DNA of 62,446 bases, filler included, from Sluysia triapertura (Eukaryota), in the NCBI GenBank assembly GCA_046118255.1. It is 5 parts of 5 records of this genome, joined end to end, with 100 filler letters (N's around TTAATTAATTAA, not from the genome) between each part and the next. Parts side by side here need not be neighbours in the genome. Positions count along the whole stretch, not along the records: positions 38,579 to 50,665 come from JBJNIA010140837.1; positions 50,766 to 62,446 come from JBJNIA010180473.1; 3 more parts are not named here. One strand, written 5' to 3'. The notes under the pieces are model-generated. The model was not told where the DNA came from. It searched no databases and saw only the letters and a list, made by a program, of their open reading frames with translations. Within the stretch, counting starts at the first letter, position 1. The number at the start of each line of letters is the position of its first letter. Shown one piece after another: positions 38,806-54,100 of this stretch. The position numbers and the translations under genes were made by a program.

Positions 38806-41800
38806 TATTAAAAACAATATTCGAGTATGTTTAGATGTTCTTAAAATAAAATTATTAACATTAAAAAATTTTTCTTAGGACAAATAATATTTGCTTATTG
38901 CAAATACTCATACCAGTAAGTTAGATGAATATCGGCTTGCAATCATGTGAAGCCTGAATGTACTGATTGGGGTAGATCCCTTTGGATTTTATTATTCTAG
39001 TTTATTGGTAAAGCGAATTGTTCGAATTGGCAACCTGCTTATTTTACAATAACAAAATTCAAAATCTAATGATAACATGTTGTGGACAATTATGTTTTTT
39101 ATTGTATTTTCAATATTTGCGTTTGTGATCTGGAAATGAAGAAGAGTGAATCAGTCATGGTTGGATTAATATGCGCTGAAAAATTATGATGATACTGATA
39201 TTAATCGTCAAATCATATTGAATTTTTCGATATTTAAATGTTGATATTGTAATAGTATATTCAATTTTAATGGAGGATTATAAGTTATAGTTTGACTACA
39301 AAATAGATCTGATCGTAGTATGTTTAGTGTTAACTTGAATTGAAAGAATTATTCGAAATAGTAAAACTGAAATTATTTTGTTCATTTTTATAAATAAAAG
39401 GATAATCATTATCGCGCACGGGACTGCTTTTATTAAATTTCACTAATTCATATAGACATCAGCCTTTATTCGACCAAGAATTCTTCGTACAATTCAATCT
39501 TTATTAACTAAATCCAAAATTTTTAACAAGTTTATAAATCATTCATTTCAAATTTTTAACCTCATAAAATTTTTTAACATAGATTCTTAATATTTAAACA
39601 AGATAAAAATAATTTTTTTATTTTAAAATTTTTTAATTCTGACAATTGATAGGCATTCAATGGCTTCATTCTGCTATTATAACAAAAAATATTCTATACT
39701 TAATTTGAGAACTTTTTCGACATGATTAATATAATTAGAATTAATGAATGGAACAGATTTTAATTCATATATTTTACAGAACAATATGTAACAACAATAC
39801 CTAAGTGCCATGATGGCGTTTGTAACACATGATCAAAAAGTTCAATGCATTTTGAGATATTCAAATGTAGCTTTACATGAGTCTTGATAACCTCTAAGGT
39901 ATTTATCGGACTAATGGTGTCGATAATAATAACATTAATAATATTCACGTTTTAGAAAAGTGAAAATCTAGTAGCGATAACAAGTGAAACAATTAGATTA
40001 AATTTATTTAAAATTTTTTTAATAACGTTTAATGTTTAATAACGTTATTAATTGAAAAGGTAATTTAGAGTTATTTAATATTTTTATAAATTTACTATTT
40101 TAAAAATTAATGATTGGTAGTGGAAGTAAGGGAATATGTATGATGGTATATCTTATGATGTGTTTAAGATGCCGTTTTTTTGTGTATGTAAGTGATGTAC
40201 GTGACACAATATAATCGTGGTAAATGGTTGAACTACCACAGCTAGTTTATTAAAATGCAACCGTGAAAGCGTTTAATATGGAATACGATATTTTGTATTT
40301 GTGTGCATTTGGATTTTAAAATATGGCTATGTTTACAATTTAAAAAGTGAAAAGTCATTATCATAGGACAGGATTTGTGAAATTTATTGTCATAAGACAA
40401 GGCTTTGAAATCGTTTTCATGTTTAAAGGGCGTAGTATTCTTTAATTTCCACTCTAAAACCGTTTCTTTTTCAAAAGCAGACAAAAAGAATTATAAAATA
40501 AAAAGCAATTATTAAAGCTTTTAGAATATATAACGAAATAATTCTTTGTGATTATATGATGAAATGATTTTAAAAATGCTAACATTTTTCGAAATTTCAG
40601 AGTTTTGTACTAATAATTATGTTTATTATGCTGTTTTGAGTTCATTAGGTCACCAAGTTGTCGCGATAAAATTACAAGATTTTGACAATGATAAATTTTT
40701 TCAGTTTGTGCTTCACCATGACATTGAGGCATTCTTCCGATAGGGGCTCTAGTTCAGCAGTAATACAGCCGCACAATATTACCATTCTAGGAATATTAAC
40801 TATTATATTTAGTTATAAACGCATATTTTGAATACATTTACTACATACTCATTGAATTGATTCTGCAAGTAACATACACTTTCCTCGTTCTTACTGCGAC
40901 TTCAGCGGTCAATGAATATTTATTATTAAACGGAATTCACTTCAAATTCGGCAAATTATTAAAGCCAGTAAAAGAGAAATTTTACTAGAAATTGTACAAG
41001 AGTGTAATGCCTTGATTTATAGTCTTTATATAATTACTGTCATGTATTAAGCAAATTAAAAATTAAATTTCATTTGTTAATTCTGATTGGTTACTAATTT
41101 GTATACAAAAACAAAATGATTTCAAATGCAAATTTTAAGTCAAGAATATTTCATATGTCCACTGGTACGTTTAATTATTTGTTTTAACTTATTTTTAGTG
41201 AAATCTCTGGAAAATGTATCTTACAAACATTTTTATAACAAATTAGCATATTTCAAAACATTCAAGAAATTCATCCTCAAAGATCATAGAAGATAAGTTT
41301 GAAAATAATAGGTAATTTTTAATAAATTTAATTAATTTTCAGACTTAACATAACAAGATAAAATTATCTACAAGTTACAAATTATCTACAGCAGTCAAGG
41401 TCACTTATACCACAACGGCAAACAATTACATATTAATAACCATTTCATTGTCACAACATCCAATTCTATCCACATCAAATGATAATAAAAGTAAGTTGCA
41501 CATATTAAAGAAATAGTAGTATGGTCATAGTATTAATACAACTTCAGATTTTGGTAGATGTTATTAAACTAAGTTTAAATGTTAATGACGAAAAACAGAA
41601 GCTTATAAAAACACCCATTAGTTTTGAAGAAAAATTAAATACGAAATTAAATCAAAGTAATCGGGTACAAAAGCCTAAAGGTGGAAAGACAAATAATTTA
41701 TCTCAATGAAAAACCAAACAGACAAGCATATGTGGAGTGATCTAAAGTTATAATATGAACATTTCTCAAAAATATATATTCAAAATGTCTAATAAAAATT

Positions 41801-42149
41801 AAAAATTTTTAAAAATAAATTTTAGATACCATTTGTTTTATCGCATTAAGAAATTATTTAAAGCATTTTTTCAAAAGATAAACAGCAATTGAACAAAGAA
41901 ATCTATTATTGATTTCAAATGTGAAAACATTAAAGATGATGAAGATTGGCACGAGGAGCTCCATCTAGTTCTTCGATTTTGTTTAACAATGATGTAACAA
42001 TAAACACTCAAAGTTTTAAAAATGTAAATATAAATATTCAAGTCTGCTAAGAACGATATTTTAAAAATAGATTTATTCTATCAAAAAATTCAAATTAATG
42101 ATTTTCCACATTCTGCGGTCATTGATGTGCTACAAAGATAAATGAAACA

Positions 42150-42940
42150 TTCACAGGATTTAATGTATGATAGACAAATTAATTTTCTACAAGATTCTGA
42201 ATTTGAGTTACGCATTTTCTTTCTTTATCCATTCAAGAAAATGGTGTCAAATTGAATTGTCATTGGCTTATTACTAGTTTATTAGAATTACTGGTTGATT
42301 ATGTTTATTTAGTGATAAATAATGTTCATGCACCGAATCTTTGAATGTATGTGGTAAATTAAAACGTAATTAATATTTCAAGTTTATTTTTCAAAAATTT
42401 AAAACAATAAGTGACGGAACGAAATTTATATAGTTATTTGTTCTCTTGACAATAGTGATTTCGAAGTGTTGGATCACTAAAATTATCGTTTAATATTAAT
42501 AAATTAATTAATCAAAATAAGGTTTCAATAATAATGCAATTTCTGAAAATTGCAAAAGAAAAAGTAGCCATGTTTTTGACTTTGCATTAATATGGATTAA
42601 TTTGGATGTTATTTATAACAAATTTTTGATTATGATGCAAATCATATTTCCTGGAAATTGATGCAAAATCCGAGTTTATGTTAAATGACAATTCATAGTT
42701 GACTAAGTCCATCGTATTTTAAATGTGTCAAATGATAGATCATTGCAATTATATGTTAAAGTATACAGCTTTAGCTTGGGTATTGTTTCATAGTACTCCT
42801 AATCCTTTAATAGCCTTTTCAGTCAAGAAGATGGGTCGATTAATGATCATTAATCTGAACAAATTTGAAAATGAAACAACAGATAACATTTCAAGTTTTA
42901 CTGCACATCAAATTTATATTCAATTATCGAATCGGTGACA
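42150..42940 (+). pseudogene. Decayed fragment resembling the PROPPIN WD40 family (WIPI3/WIPI4, ATG18-like)
   Basis: NPLIAFSVKKMGRLMIINL...SFTAHQ resembles WIPI4 LLVFPGHKCGSLQLVDL...INAHQ. Upstream ELRIFFLYPFKK resembles GVRIYNVEPL. Many stops. Confidence 0.35.
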
Positions 42941-45900
42941 CAGTTGTTAGAGGTAATATTAAAGCTAACAATTTAAACACTGATACCATGAAATTGCTAA
43001 ATCTTCTTATTTTATTGAACTTTTGAATGTTAATTAAAAGTGTTTTTACTTTTGTCTTTCAGTTTCAGGTTAAGCGTGTGTAATAATTCTCAAGTATTAA
43101 TTCATACATAACAAATAAAAAGTTAGACGCCTAAACAGACATATTTAGTAGTTGGCAATTTTCTGGTACTATCACGAAATATTTTTACTTTCATTTGGTA
43201 GTTATTAGAAAAATATCAGATAAACCACACAAACCTTATATTGTATAAAATGTGCAAAACCAAAAAAGATAATTATTTTATTTATTTCACAATAGCTGTT
43301 ATAAAATCTAACATTAAATTTATTATTATTAAATTAAATATTATTTGACTTTCTTTAGATATTTTACATAAAAATTAGAATGCAAATAAAAAATTTGCAA
43401 TACATTCGAAATTAGAAATAAAATTATTGTTTTAAATAATTCATTTATTGAATGAGACAACAATGACGCCACCGAAATTTTCACGACCCATACGTTGACC
43501 TATTGTGTAATCTAAATAAAGGATATTCCGTTTATTTATTCTTAAGCAAAATAATAATAAATTCTGTTTATATAGTATATTTAGACATTACATATTACAA
43601 GGAAGATGTATATGTTCGGTCTAATTAGTGTTACATTTGTTTACGTGGCACTTTTTTATATTATTTAACAATTTAAATATATATTGTAATTATGAATTTA
43701 TTAAAACTATATCACCATCATTTGTTATTTACAATGGCTTTGAATTGTGTTTAATTGATCACGATAGGAACCACTTTTTTTGTTTTTTATTTGTTGGTTC
43801 ATGTAACTATCGTAAGTAATTTTTTTATTACGAATTCATAAATTGTGTTGTTGATCTTTAAAAATTTATATAGGCTTTATTATTGAGAAACTTAATCAAT
43901 ATTATCATCAGCTAAAATTAGTTGTAACACATTTAGATGAAATAGATTTTAAATTAGCAAACAATTATGTAGAAAATTCTAAATTAGTTAATTTAGTTTC
44001 TTTTTATTGGAAAGTATCTTGATGCAGTACCAATTGAATTAGATCAGCGATAGCAGTAAGAATTTAAAAAATTATGACAAGCACCATGTTTTGAAATAGT
44101 TACTTAATCAGTTTACTAATTTGAGTATAAATTGTATACATTTTAAAAATTTCACTGTACATTTTTGTACATTAATTATTGATATATTTTATAAAATTCA
44201 AATGAGTCTGAATACTGTTTTATATTTTATAGATTTTATATATGCTTGTAATGAACTCTTGATCTCTGGTAATCTAAACTTTAAAAATATTCTTTAAATT
44301 TGACTAGAGGTACCATCTTTGTTTATGTAAATTTTTTTAATAATGAGCTCTGTAAGTAATATCTATTCTTCCTTTATCTGGAAGTAATAATTCGAATACT
44401 CGAAAAAAATACTTAAAACTTTTTACTCCAAAGTTTTTTATTTAGGTTTCTATTGTATTCCTGATTTTTTGTAATAAAATGTTCCGTCCTAGTCACGACT
44501 ATCACTCAATTTAATTTTACTGGTTCTAATATCAACTCCTTTACTTTAGTAAAATAATATAATAAATGACACTAAAAATTTATTAAATCAATTTTAAATT
44601 AATACAAAATATTATAAATTTATTATTATTTTAATCATCTAAGACTCTATTAACCTTTGAGTATTCTGGAAACCTTGATAAGCATCTAAGATCTTCGAGT
44701 AATATTAGATTGGTATATCCTTGAGACTATTATAAACGTTATTGTTAATCTCGTTATTTTAATCATTTTTAGTACTGCTTAATAGCGATTTATAATAATA
44801 CTAATTTGTAATTGATTTTTATTTAACCAGTAAATTATTGTGTTATTGATTTTATTTCCAAAAGCTTAATTTTGGGTGAATAATTATATATATTAAATAA
44901 GAGAATTATTTGATCTAGTGAATACTTGAGATTCTTTTTAAACTACTGGAATTAATATTGATTTATTATAGTTAATAATTTTTAAAGACGCAATAATAAT
45001 TTTTTGATCGGATAATTTTGTAATCATTTTTAAAATGCATAATTCATTTATGTGGATCATTATTCTAATTTAACGTCAAGTAAACCATAATAAAATATTT
45101 TAAACAAATAAAAATAAACAATTTGTTAATGAATAATAGTCGTAATGTTTTTAATAAAGATGTTTAAAAAATCTGAGTACTTATGTCTTATTTCAGTGGA
45201 ATAATATAAAGTTTCAACAAATGCAACATATCATTAAGCATACATAAATTATTTAAAATGTTTATTATTTATATGAATTATATATAAATTCTCGCATTTT
45301 TGGTAACGTTTGAATTATAGATTTAATGTTTTCTATGACACGAAACGTTCACAATATTACGTTTTTCAAATATTAACAAATTTTAATTCATTAATGTTGT
45401 GTTTAAATTTGAAACTCTATTCTTAATTGTTTAACATTACTTATGAATGTTAAGTTTAATTAATTTTCAAGTTTCGGATTACATTTTTAATTACGATCTT
45501 TTTACAGGATTACTCATAGCTAATTGATCATTAATTTCAAATAAATGAGCATCATTAACATCATTTTGATCTGAGAATTAAAACAAGGTATTCCATAATA
45601 TACTTCGTTTCTTGTCATTTTTGACGACGTAAAAAGCCACTAATATCATTTATACGCATATAACACAAGTTAGGATTAATTATTGGTTAATCCAAGCTAA
45701 TATTTTGAAACTTCAGTTGAATTTGACAAATGTCAGTTTCAGGTACCCACACTAATACAATAATATTAATCACACTGACGTTAATAGTAATAATGATAAT
45801 AGTACTAATAATAATTCTGGTGGTGATCGTAATGGCAATTATAACAATGCCAGTAATAATTTGGTCTGAATGTTTTAAATTTGGAGATTAATAAGATATG

Positions 45901-46543
45901 GTAAAATGTGTTAAATGTTTTACAGATCCGTGAAAGACTCATAAGGTGAAATAGATGTAGTGTAATCATGGGTGTGGTATATGCTGTTTTGTCACGATAA
46001 AATCGTCGGTAGTGGTTATAATTATAAATATTTATTTCGATCATTGGAAACCAATGCTGTTATTTAATGTCTGAAATAATAAAGTTGTTGAAAAATTGTG
46101 AAACACAATGACTACAAGAAAATGTATGAGGATGAAATTGATGATGCAGTCAATAAAAGTGATTTATTGCATGTAATAGAATATTTTTAATGAGTTGTTT
46201 TTAATTTTGGTGTATTGTTAAGATTAGAACGCTTAGGGCGTTTAAGAAATAAAATAAATATTAGCTTAACGTTTAATAAGTCAAGAATTTGCTGTTGGCC
46301 TAAACAATTGATTATGTCACTTAAGGTCGTGCGTGTACGAATATTGTAAGCATAGTTAATTTCGAATAAATTCACTCAAATTAAATTATCATAATCATAA
46401 ATATGTATAAAAATTTAAAATTTCAAAAAATTACAATCCTTATAATTGTTATGCATAAAGATTATTATCCTAACTGACAATGAATTTCAAAGCACGGTAA
46501 TGATGTTAATTTTGCCAATAATAATGATGATAGTAATGTTTAA

Positions 46544-46646
46544 CTCATAACTGGCCGCTAAAAATTCTTAATCGACTGTTTGATGGCAACACAAATAAAG
46601 TTATTCTGTCAAAAAACGTACTACTACGTCAGTGGCCACTAATGAG
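46544..46646. mobile_element. 103-bp piggyBac-type MITE with TTAA target duplication
   Basis: TTAA|CTCATAACTGGCCGCT ... AGTGGCCACTAATGAG|TTAA. TIRs match 13/16. Confidence 0.7.
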
Positions 46647-47360
46647 TTAAGATGATATTAATAATGACAATTGTAATAAAATGATAGCAATGATAATGTT
46701 TTTATAGTAAGTAGTAAATCTATTACTATTTAAAAAATTTTAATGAATTATTGTGAAAATTCTGAATATTTTTTACAAGTAATAATATTATATGTGAAAT
46801 GGTAGTAAGGGTTTTGAATGACTATTGTTTATAATAAATGCCGTATATTATTTTTGTTTTAGTCGTACAAATTTCATTGATTTGTTAAAATCATGCAAAA
46901 CAATTACAATTCTAGAGAAATGCGCACAATATTGTACAAACTTTCAAAATAATAAAATAAAATAAAGATAAATTACTTCATAAACCATCACACATCATTT
47001 CGCACTATATGCACAATCATATTTCGAATAAAACAGTAAAACACCTAATAATTACAAGATTCTTATTTTGTAATAATTTCACCTTATTTTGAATCCTAAG
47101 TCCATTTAATGCTAATAAGAAAATGATTAAGGTGAAAGTTGCAATTACACTGACCATCTGGAGAATAAATTTTATTGTTTCATCATGGGTTGCTTGAATT
47201 AAACGATTAATATATGATTATTAGATTTATATAGTGCGCATGTTTAACTTTTCAAGTAACTAATTCCACTGAATTTTTTTTTCATTTTCAACACTGTATT
47301 ATATTTAAATGTTAGTGTTTTATGGAAACACGTTTATTTAATCGATTGGTATAGTTTGCA

Positions 47361-47361
<1 letters not shown>

Positions 47362-47426
<65 letters not shown>
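47362..47426. repeat. (ATT)n microsatellite
   Basis: Direct inspection. Confidence 0.95.
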
Positions 47427-47427
<1 letters not shown>

Positions 47428-47483
47428 AAATTTATATAAAACGATTAATTTAAAAGTATGAAGTTTGATTTATTCCTTTTCAG

Positions 47484-49757
47484 GTGCATTTATTGGATTT
47501 ACGACTATTGGTGATTATAAGCGTTTGTGTAATCGAGCTAAAAAAATTCTAGATAAAGAAATTCAAGATTATCGAGAAAATTCTAAAAATGCTACAGTAG
47601 CTGGGGACAATAAAAGTGTTCCGGTTTCCGAAGAAACTGATATCACTGGTTCGCTAATAGATTTTTATTGCAATATCATAAAAATGTTACATAATAGAGT
47701 GATTAAGTAGAAAAGTTATCACTACATTCATTGACAAATTTCATTTAAGTGAAATTTCAAACTAACATGAAAAATATTTAGTTTTCTCTTTCAGTAAGTG
47801 AAAAGGATCGAATTGCTAGAAACAAAAGTTAGGAAATAATTTCAAAAATCTTGTTTATCCATTAAAATTTTCGGAACTTAATAAATGATAAATGGCTTCA
47901 TGATATTCGTATTAATATTTCTTTGAATTAATAATTCGGTACGTCAAAATCTTAACTTCTTAATTTCATTTTTATTATCTGCAGATCAGTTCCTAATGTA
48001 AAATATGAAGAAATTTTAGACTATCTAATTTAAGTTCCTCTTTTAATCTCGAAAAGTAAAATAGACGATTACTTTACTAAAATTTATTTACAATAATACA
48101 ATTCCTTAAAATAAAATTAATTTAATAACGAATAAAACAATTTATTCGTAAAAATTTTGGCATACTTTTTGTACAGTGAAAACAACTCCTTATATACTAA
48201 TTTTTTCTGTTTTTCGTGCTACTCTTCAATTTTATTTTACTAACCATTATTATTCTAGCCAGACATTATTTTACTGGCCATCCGTTTCATTTTATTTAGT
48301 ATACAATTCATTCAAAATGTTTCATTTTAGTACTGGCCATGTGTACATTCTATTTATTCTTCTAAATATATGCACAAATAATATTTAATATATACCGATT
48401 TAAGTTACGTTATTACTATTACTATTTGCTATTAATCTTTACCAGAAACTACTTTCAATAATCAGTAACTTGTCATTATAGATTTTATTTATCTAGTTTT
48501 AATAATTTTACTTTTTTACATTTTTTAATTGCAATCTTGTTTTTTTTCAACTTGTTAATGTGAAAAATTAATATGTTAAATTATTAAATTAAACTGTTAA
48601 TTCGTCACGACAGTTAAATTTATTATATAGTTATATATATTATATATATTTCTATAGTTAGGTGATTCTGATATTTGTTTTATTGTTATAATATAGTTCA
48701 TTTATACAGTCAAACGTATTGGTTTGGTTTAATTTGTGCTTGCTAGTCCTTTCGCTTAACACGTTGCCGCAAAGTGCAGCTGTAGCGCCAATTTGTGTTA
48801 ACTTGAAGGCAAATGACGGCTGTAGCCGACAAAAATATTTCCATTAATAAAAACGGACCATAATGAACACAGTGTTTACTAGTGTGCATCAATGCAGTGT
48901 CCCAATCAACAAAAAAATAACATTCTACTTAACAGATAAGAGTTTTCCTCAAAAAATTTTGAAAATTCGTGATAATTTTAGTTTTTAGACATGCAAATTT
49001 GCTTAAATAATTTGCTTCAAATAATTTTTAAAAAGTGCGTTTTGGGGCAAGATGGGGAAAATAGTTTACGTCAACGTGTTAATATGATATTTTTATTTCT
49101 TGGGGTGCTGTTGTCCAATTCGTAAATTTCTAAGTATAGTGAGTTGAATTTTATTTTTTCATGCTATGTTTATTTTATTTGATTAAATAGGTTGTATTTT
49201 AAAATGCAGTATATCATTTTGAGAATTAGGAAGTATTCAGGAAAAATATTGGGATTTATAATCAATATTATGCCAAAAGAAAAGTGTTTAATCTTCATTT
49301 GTGGAAATTAACTTCAATTTAATTTAATTTTGTAATTATTCATTGCCTTTAGAAGTATAAGACTTATAATTTTTGATGTTAATTTATTATAATTATTACC
49401 ACAGTAAAACATTTGCATATAATTTATATAAAAAACTTGATTTTTAAAATCATAAAAATACATATTACCAACATCATTTAGAATGCATTACTGAAACTAG
49501 ATATATCAACACAACCAATTATTTTTATTTAAATCAATATTTACAAAATTTCGAATGTCACAAGGAAAATAAAGGAGAAAAATTTAACGTGTTTTTTTTA
49601 TAAAAAATATTAAATTAGAAAAACAGCTGACGTTTAATACTTTTAATTTATTGGTTTTGTTTATGTAATATATTTATTAAAATATTGAGATTATCTTTTA
49701 AGATAAATAATTCAAATTCAATTTAATTTTTTCAGAAAATATACCATCTGTACCTGT

Positions 49758-49792
<35 letters not shown>

Positions 49793-50568
49793 TTACATCA
49801 GTAACAGAATCTGTAGTAGTATCTTCTAATCAACCATCAGTAAAAATGTCAACTGAATATCTATCAACAGATTTTCTTTCTCCACTTGACATAGAACATT
49901 CTTTCAAACAAGTTACGGAGCAAAATGTAATATATCAGTCGCAACCTAATGTTCCTTTACAAACACAACCTACTGTTCCTTTACAGGCACAGCCTAATAT
50001 TCCTTTACAAACACAACCTAATATTCCTTTACAAACACAACCTAATATTCCTTTACAAACACAACCTATTGTTTCTTTACAATCTCAACCTCAAGTTGCC
50101 ATACAGCCTGTGCAAACCACTCCAATTCAACATATATCATCACAAATTCCAGCACAGTGCCTTAATAATGCACCCATAGTAACTCCTTCTATTCAACCAT
50201 CAACTATTGAAAAGGTTATTAGTTTTTATACTACTACTACTACTAATAATAATCATAATCATATTAATAATCCAAATCATGAAAACTTATGTTACATTTA
50301 ATTTTTTTAATTGTTTTGTCGATACGTAACGTTTGTAAAGATTTAAAACTTGTAATGTTAGCATGCGTGAATTTTCATTATTAAACTTTTTCTAACAGCT
50401 GTAAATATGTATTCATGTAAATTATTATATTAAAGTTTTATTTTTGTTAATTGATAATAATTTTATATATGGTAGATTTCTACGAATGCAAACATTGAAA
50501 TTGATGTCAATAAATCAGAAGATACTCTCTTATTTATGCAACAAACTGAGTCTATAGATCAGCTATTG
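47484..50568 (+). CDS. Three internal exons (47484-47648, 49736-50214, 50476-50568) of an unidentified gene with a poly-Thr tract and QPNIPLQ heptad repeats; partial
   Basis: Canonical AG/GT sites with compatible phases (1, then 0) join into one open frame: GAFIGFTTIGDYKRLCNRAKK...ENIPSVPVTTTT...QPNIPLQT...EK-ISTNANIEID...QLL. Confidence 0.6.
48760..49078. mobile_element. 319-bp piggyBac-type MITE with TTAA target duplication (intronic)
   Basis: TTAA|CACGTTGCCGCAAA ... TTTACGTCAACGTG|TTAA. TIRs match 12/14. An internal repeat GCTGTAGC occurs twice. Confidence 0.75.
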
Positions 50569-51151
50569 GTAAGTTGTTTGTTTTAAAATGTGTCATTTTT
50601 TCATGTTAATTTTATATTGATTATATTTTAAAAGAAACATTAACATTTTATAATCGCTTTAGATANNNNNNNNNNNNNNNNNNNNNNNNNNNNNNNNNNN
50701 NNNNNNNNNTTAATTAATTAANNNNNNNNNNNNNNNNNNNNNNNNNNNNNNNNNNNNNNNNNNNNTAATAATAATAACAATAATATATTTCTTAATATTA
50801 ATATTAAACATGTATTATACGAAACTAATACAAATATAATGTATTATTAAACAAATTGATTAACAGTACCAAAATCGAAATTAAGTATAATTTATCTAAA
50901 GTTTTATTGGAAAATATTTTTCTATGTAAAAGTTAATTATAACTTATTTGTTGAAATTAATTATATTTTTTAAAAGCATAATATCTTTGACGAATCAGTT
51001 TCAATACTAAAGAGATCAAACATTTTCAATTAATTTTAATTGAATATCAAACCCTGTTTCATAAAATATTGGCTCCTAATTAGATAAATTATACTTAATA
51101 GAAACTTAAATATTAAGAATATTCATATAGTTTAAAACATGCTAAATACTT

Positions 51152-54100
51152 TTAACTGGATATATAATTTTCAGCTTGAAATATATGATACAAGCCTTCT
51201 AAACAATCTGTTACTTCGATCATCGGATTGTCAAGTTCCGATGCTCTTTGAAAGTCACGGTGACAATAATTTGGTGCATCTTTTTTAGTATTGTTTGGTT
51301 TATAAACTCCAGTTTGTACAAGTATAGCTTAATAAAAATGTATTTCACAAAATGAAAATTGATAACATTTAATTTAATACTGTACTTACAATAATGTTTA
51401 TTTTATGGATAAACAATGTACCAAAAGAATTTTAAAATTATTAGAAATAAAGTGAATAAGATGAATTTACGAATATCAAAATATTTTTTATTATTTTATT
51501 TATTCAATGCATGATTAAAAATTTGTATTAAAAAATTAAAAGTAAATAGCAATACCCATTTTTATATTGTTAAATCTATAATATTTATTGATGTTGAAAT
51601 AGAATTCACATTTAAAAGTTGTCATGTTTTCGGTCTTGAGCGCTTGCGTGTTTTAAAAAAGTTTTGAATGTACCATAATTTTCAGAAATGTCACATATAT
51701 TATCCAGAAAACTAACATTCGATCTGTTTGGCAGTTTGAGGAAGAAATTCCGCTTCTTCTGGTACCACTCTCGATGAAGACATAGCCGCTTGATGACGCA
51801 GTCGAGTACGTTCTTCTTTAGTCATTTCTTTTCCTCCTGACATTCTTCGAAATCGCTTTAGATAATTATTGTACAAATTCGCTCCCAGAATATCAACAGC
51901 TGGATTATCACTAATGGATTAATTATACATTAATACAAAAACAATGACATAAATTTGTAGATCTGTCATTACATATTTTAAAATGGCATTGTGAATTTAA
52001 TTTCGAATAAATTAATTATTAATCGCTGTTGTGATATTACTGTTTTTTAATTTGCAAATATTCAAATGGTAAATTTTTATGTTTTTGTTCATAAAAGCAC
52101 GTGTTTTAAGATCACTGTATTATTGTTTGTGCTTATATAGAATTCAACTTTTAAGGTCAAATTTGTGTTATCGACTACTGCTTGGATACTACTTTCGAAA
52201 AGCTGCTTTGTAAACGAAAATAAAATCAGAATGAATTATAGCAGCATTCATATAAAAGAACAGATAACCCTTATAAATATAAGCCTATATGAAAATATGA
52301 AAATGGGATTAATAAATAAGTGAAATTAATTATTACTCAAGTATAAAAATATAACATTTATATTTATTTATTTAATATTGATAATTCACAATTTATGTGA
52401 ATCTTTGGTGTTCAGGTAGATGTTTTCACTTTTAGGAAGTATACTTTCATAATAAATTATTACATAACGAGATTACACACATGCACATATTTCTATTATA
52501 CATGAGTTTTTGCCAGTACATTAGTTACATATATGCTGAAATACCTCGATTTATAAAAGTTTTAAGAAAAATAAAATTGAAGTTTATAGTTAGGTTGATA
52601 GTCCAATTTATAATTTTTGTTTTTAAATTTTGTTGTACAGATTATTCGCAATCTACAAGTTGCTTATATATACATTTTAATTTAAATTAAAGCATGCATT
52701 AAATTTATGCTACTTTTATAATCGGATGACCAATCACAATCCAGTATTGTAATTTCTCATTACTTTGTTCAGGCAATGGTGTACAAAGAATTTTATATAT
52801 GATTAAACATCAAGATTGCAAACATTCTGCATTTTTGATTTTATTTTTAAATACATAAAAAGGTTAAAATTGTAATTACCCAAAGAAATAAAGAGTTTTT
52901 ATAGGCGAATTTATATTCATTCGTTGTGCAACTTTTGATATCGTATGTTCTGCATATCGAAATGTGATTTCTGACGGTTTCCCAATTAAAGCAGTATATA
53001 CAAGTTCATGACCAGTAATTTTCTAAAGAATGACAAAAATAAAGCATTATTAATTAAACTGAATAAAAATTATAACGAAGACATTACCTTAAATTTATAT
53101 TTTGTTTCATTAATTAATAATTAATAACATAAATATACAGTTCGAGCATTTTTATTAAAGATTTTATGTATTTAATTTTTAAATTTATTTAACCTTAATT
53201 ATGATATGGAAGTAAAAGTACAAAAATGTAAAATGTAATAACTTATTACAATGATTATGTTTCACATTGTGATATAACTTTGTTATAGTCCTTAAATGTT
53301 ATAATTTCTATGATATAAGAAAAGTTTAATGTTTCTTTTAAAACTACCGAAATATTCTTTTGAAATTACTAAAACATATTAGTAAATATAGAAACACCCA
53401 AATAATAGAAAAAGGAATTGTAAACTTAACAGATCAATTTCGTTATGGAAAATCTAGATCTAGTAATTCGCAAGCATTTCTCTAGCACTGATTATCATGA
53501 AGTTATATGGATATAACAAAGACTATTAATTAACAATAAATAATAATAGTAATTAATAAATTAAATGAATTTATCTTAAGTATTATACAATAGCTATGCT
53601 TATGTTTATCATAAATTTGGCTCCCAATAAGCTAAATAATTACAAATTTTTACAATCTATATATCGAGTTAAATTCATATAACGCAAATCTCAAATAAAA
53701 ATAATGATACTTATAAATTAATATCTAACCTTAAATAAATATTCGAGGCATAATAAGAAAGCTCCGTGACCAAACCTGAAATAATCATAAATTAATAATA
53801 TTTGATAAGATATTTTTTAATTATGAAGTAAATTATTCAGATTTATTCTATTTGTATAAAGCGTTGTCCACATGAAATAAATATCAATATAATGTGCAGT
53901 TCATTCTATTAATTATCGTGCATTTTTACACTTTGTAACATGATGCCCCTATCTTTACTAAGCGAACGCGTCATAAATTTATACTGATTTTTCTTTAAAA
54001 AGTTAAATTTTTAAAATTCGTAAAATATTGCCGGATTCTTACGCAAAATGTGCGGACGTTTAAGTGTTAAGTAATACGGTATAAAAGATTGAAGCTATCC

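Noticed and set aside
47484-47520. GFTTIGD resembling a potassium-channel pore signature
   Set aside because: It lacks GYG/GFG and the flanking transmembrane helices.
53927-54070. Possible TTAA-flanked MITE (CACTTT...TAAGTG)
   Set aside because: The terminal match is only 5 bp and the left target site is imperfect, which is insufficient support.
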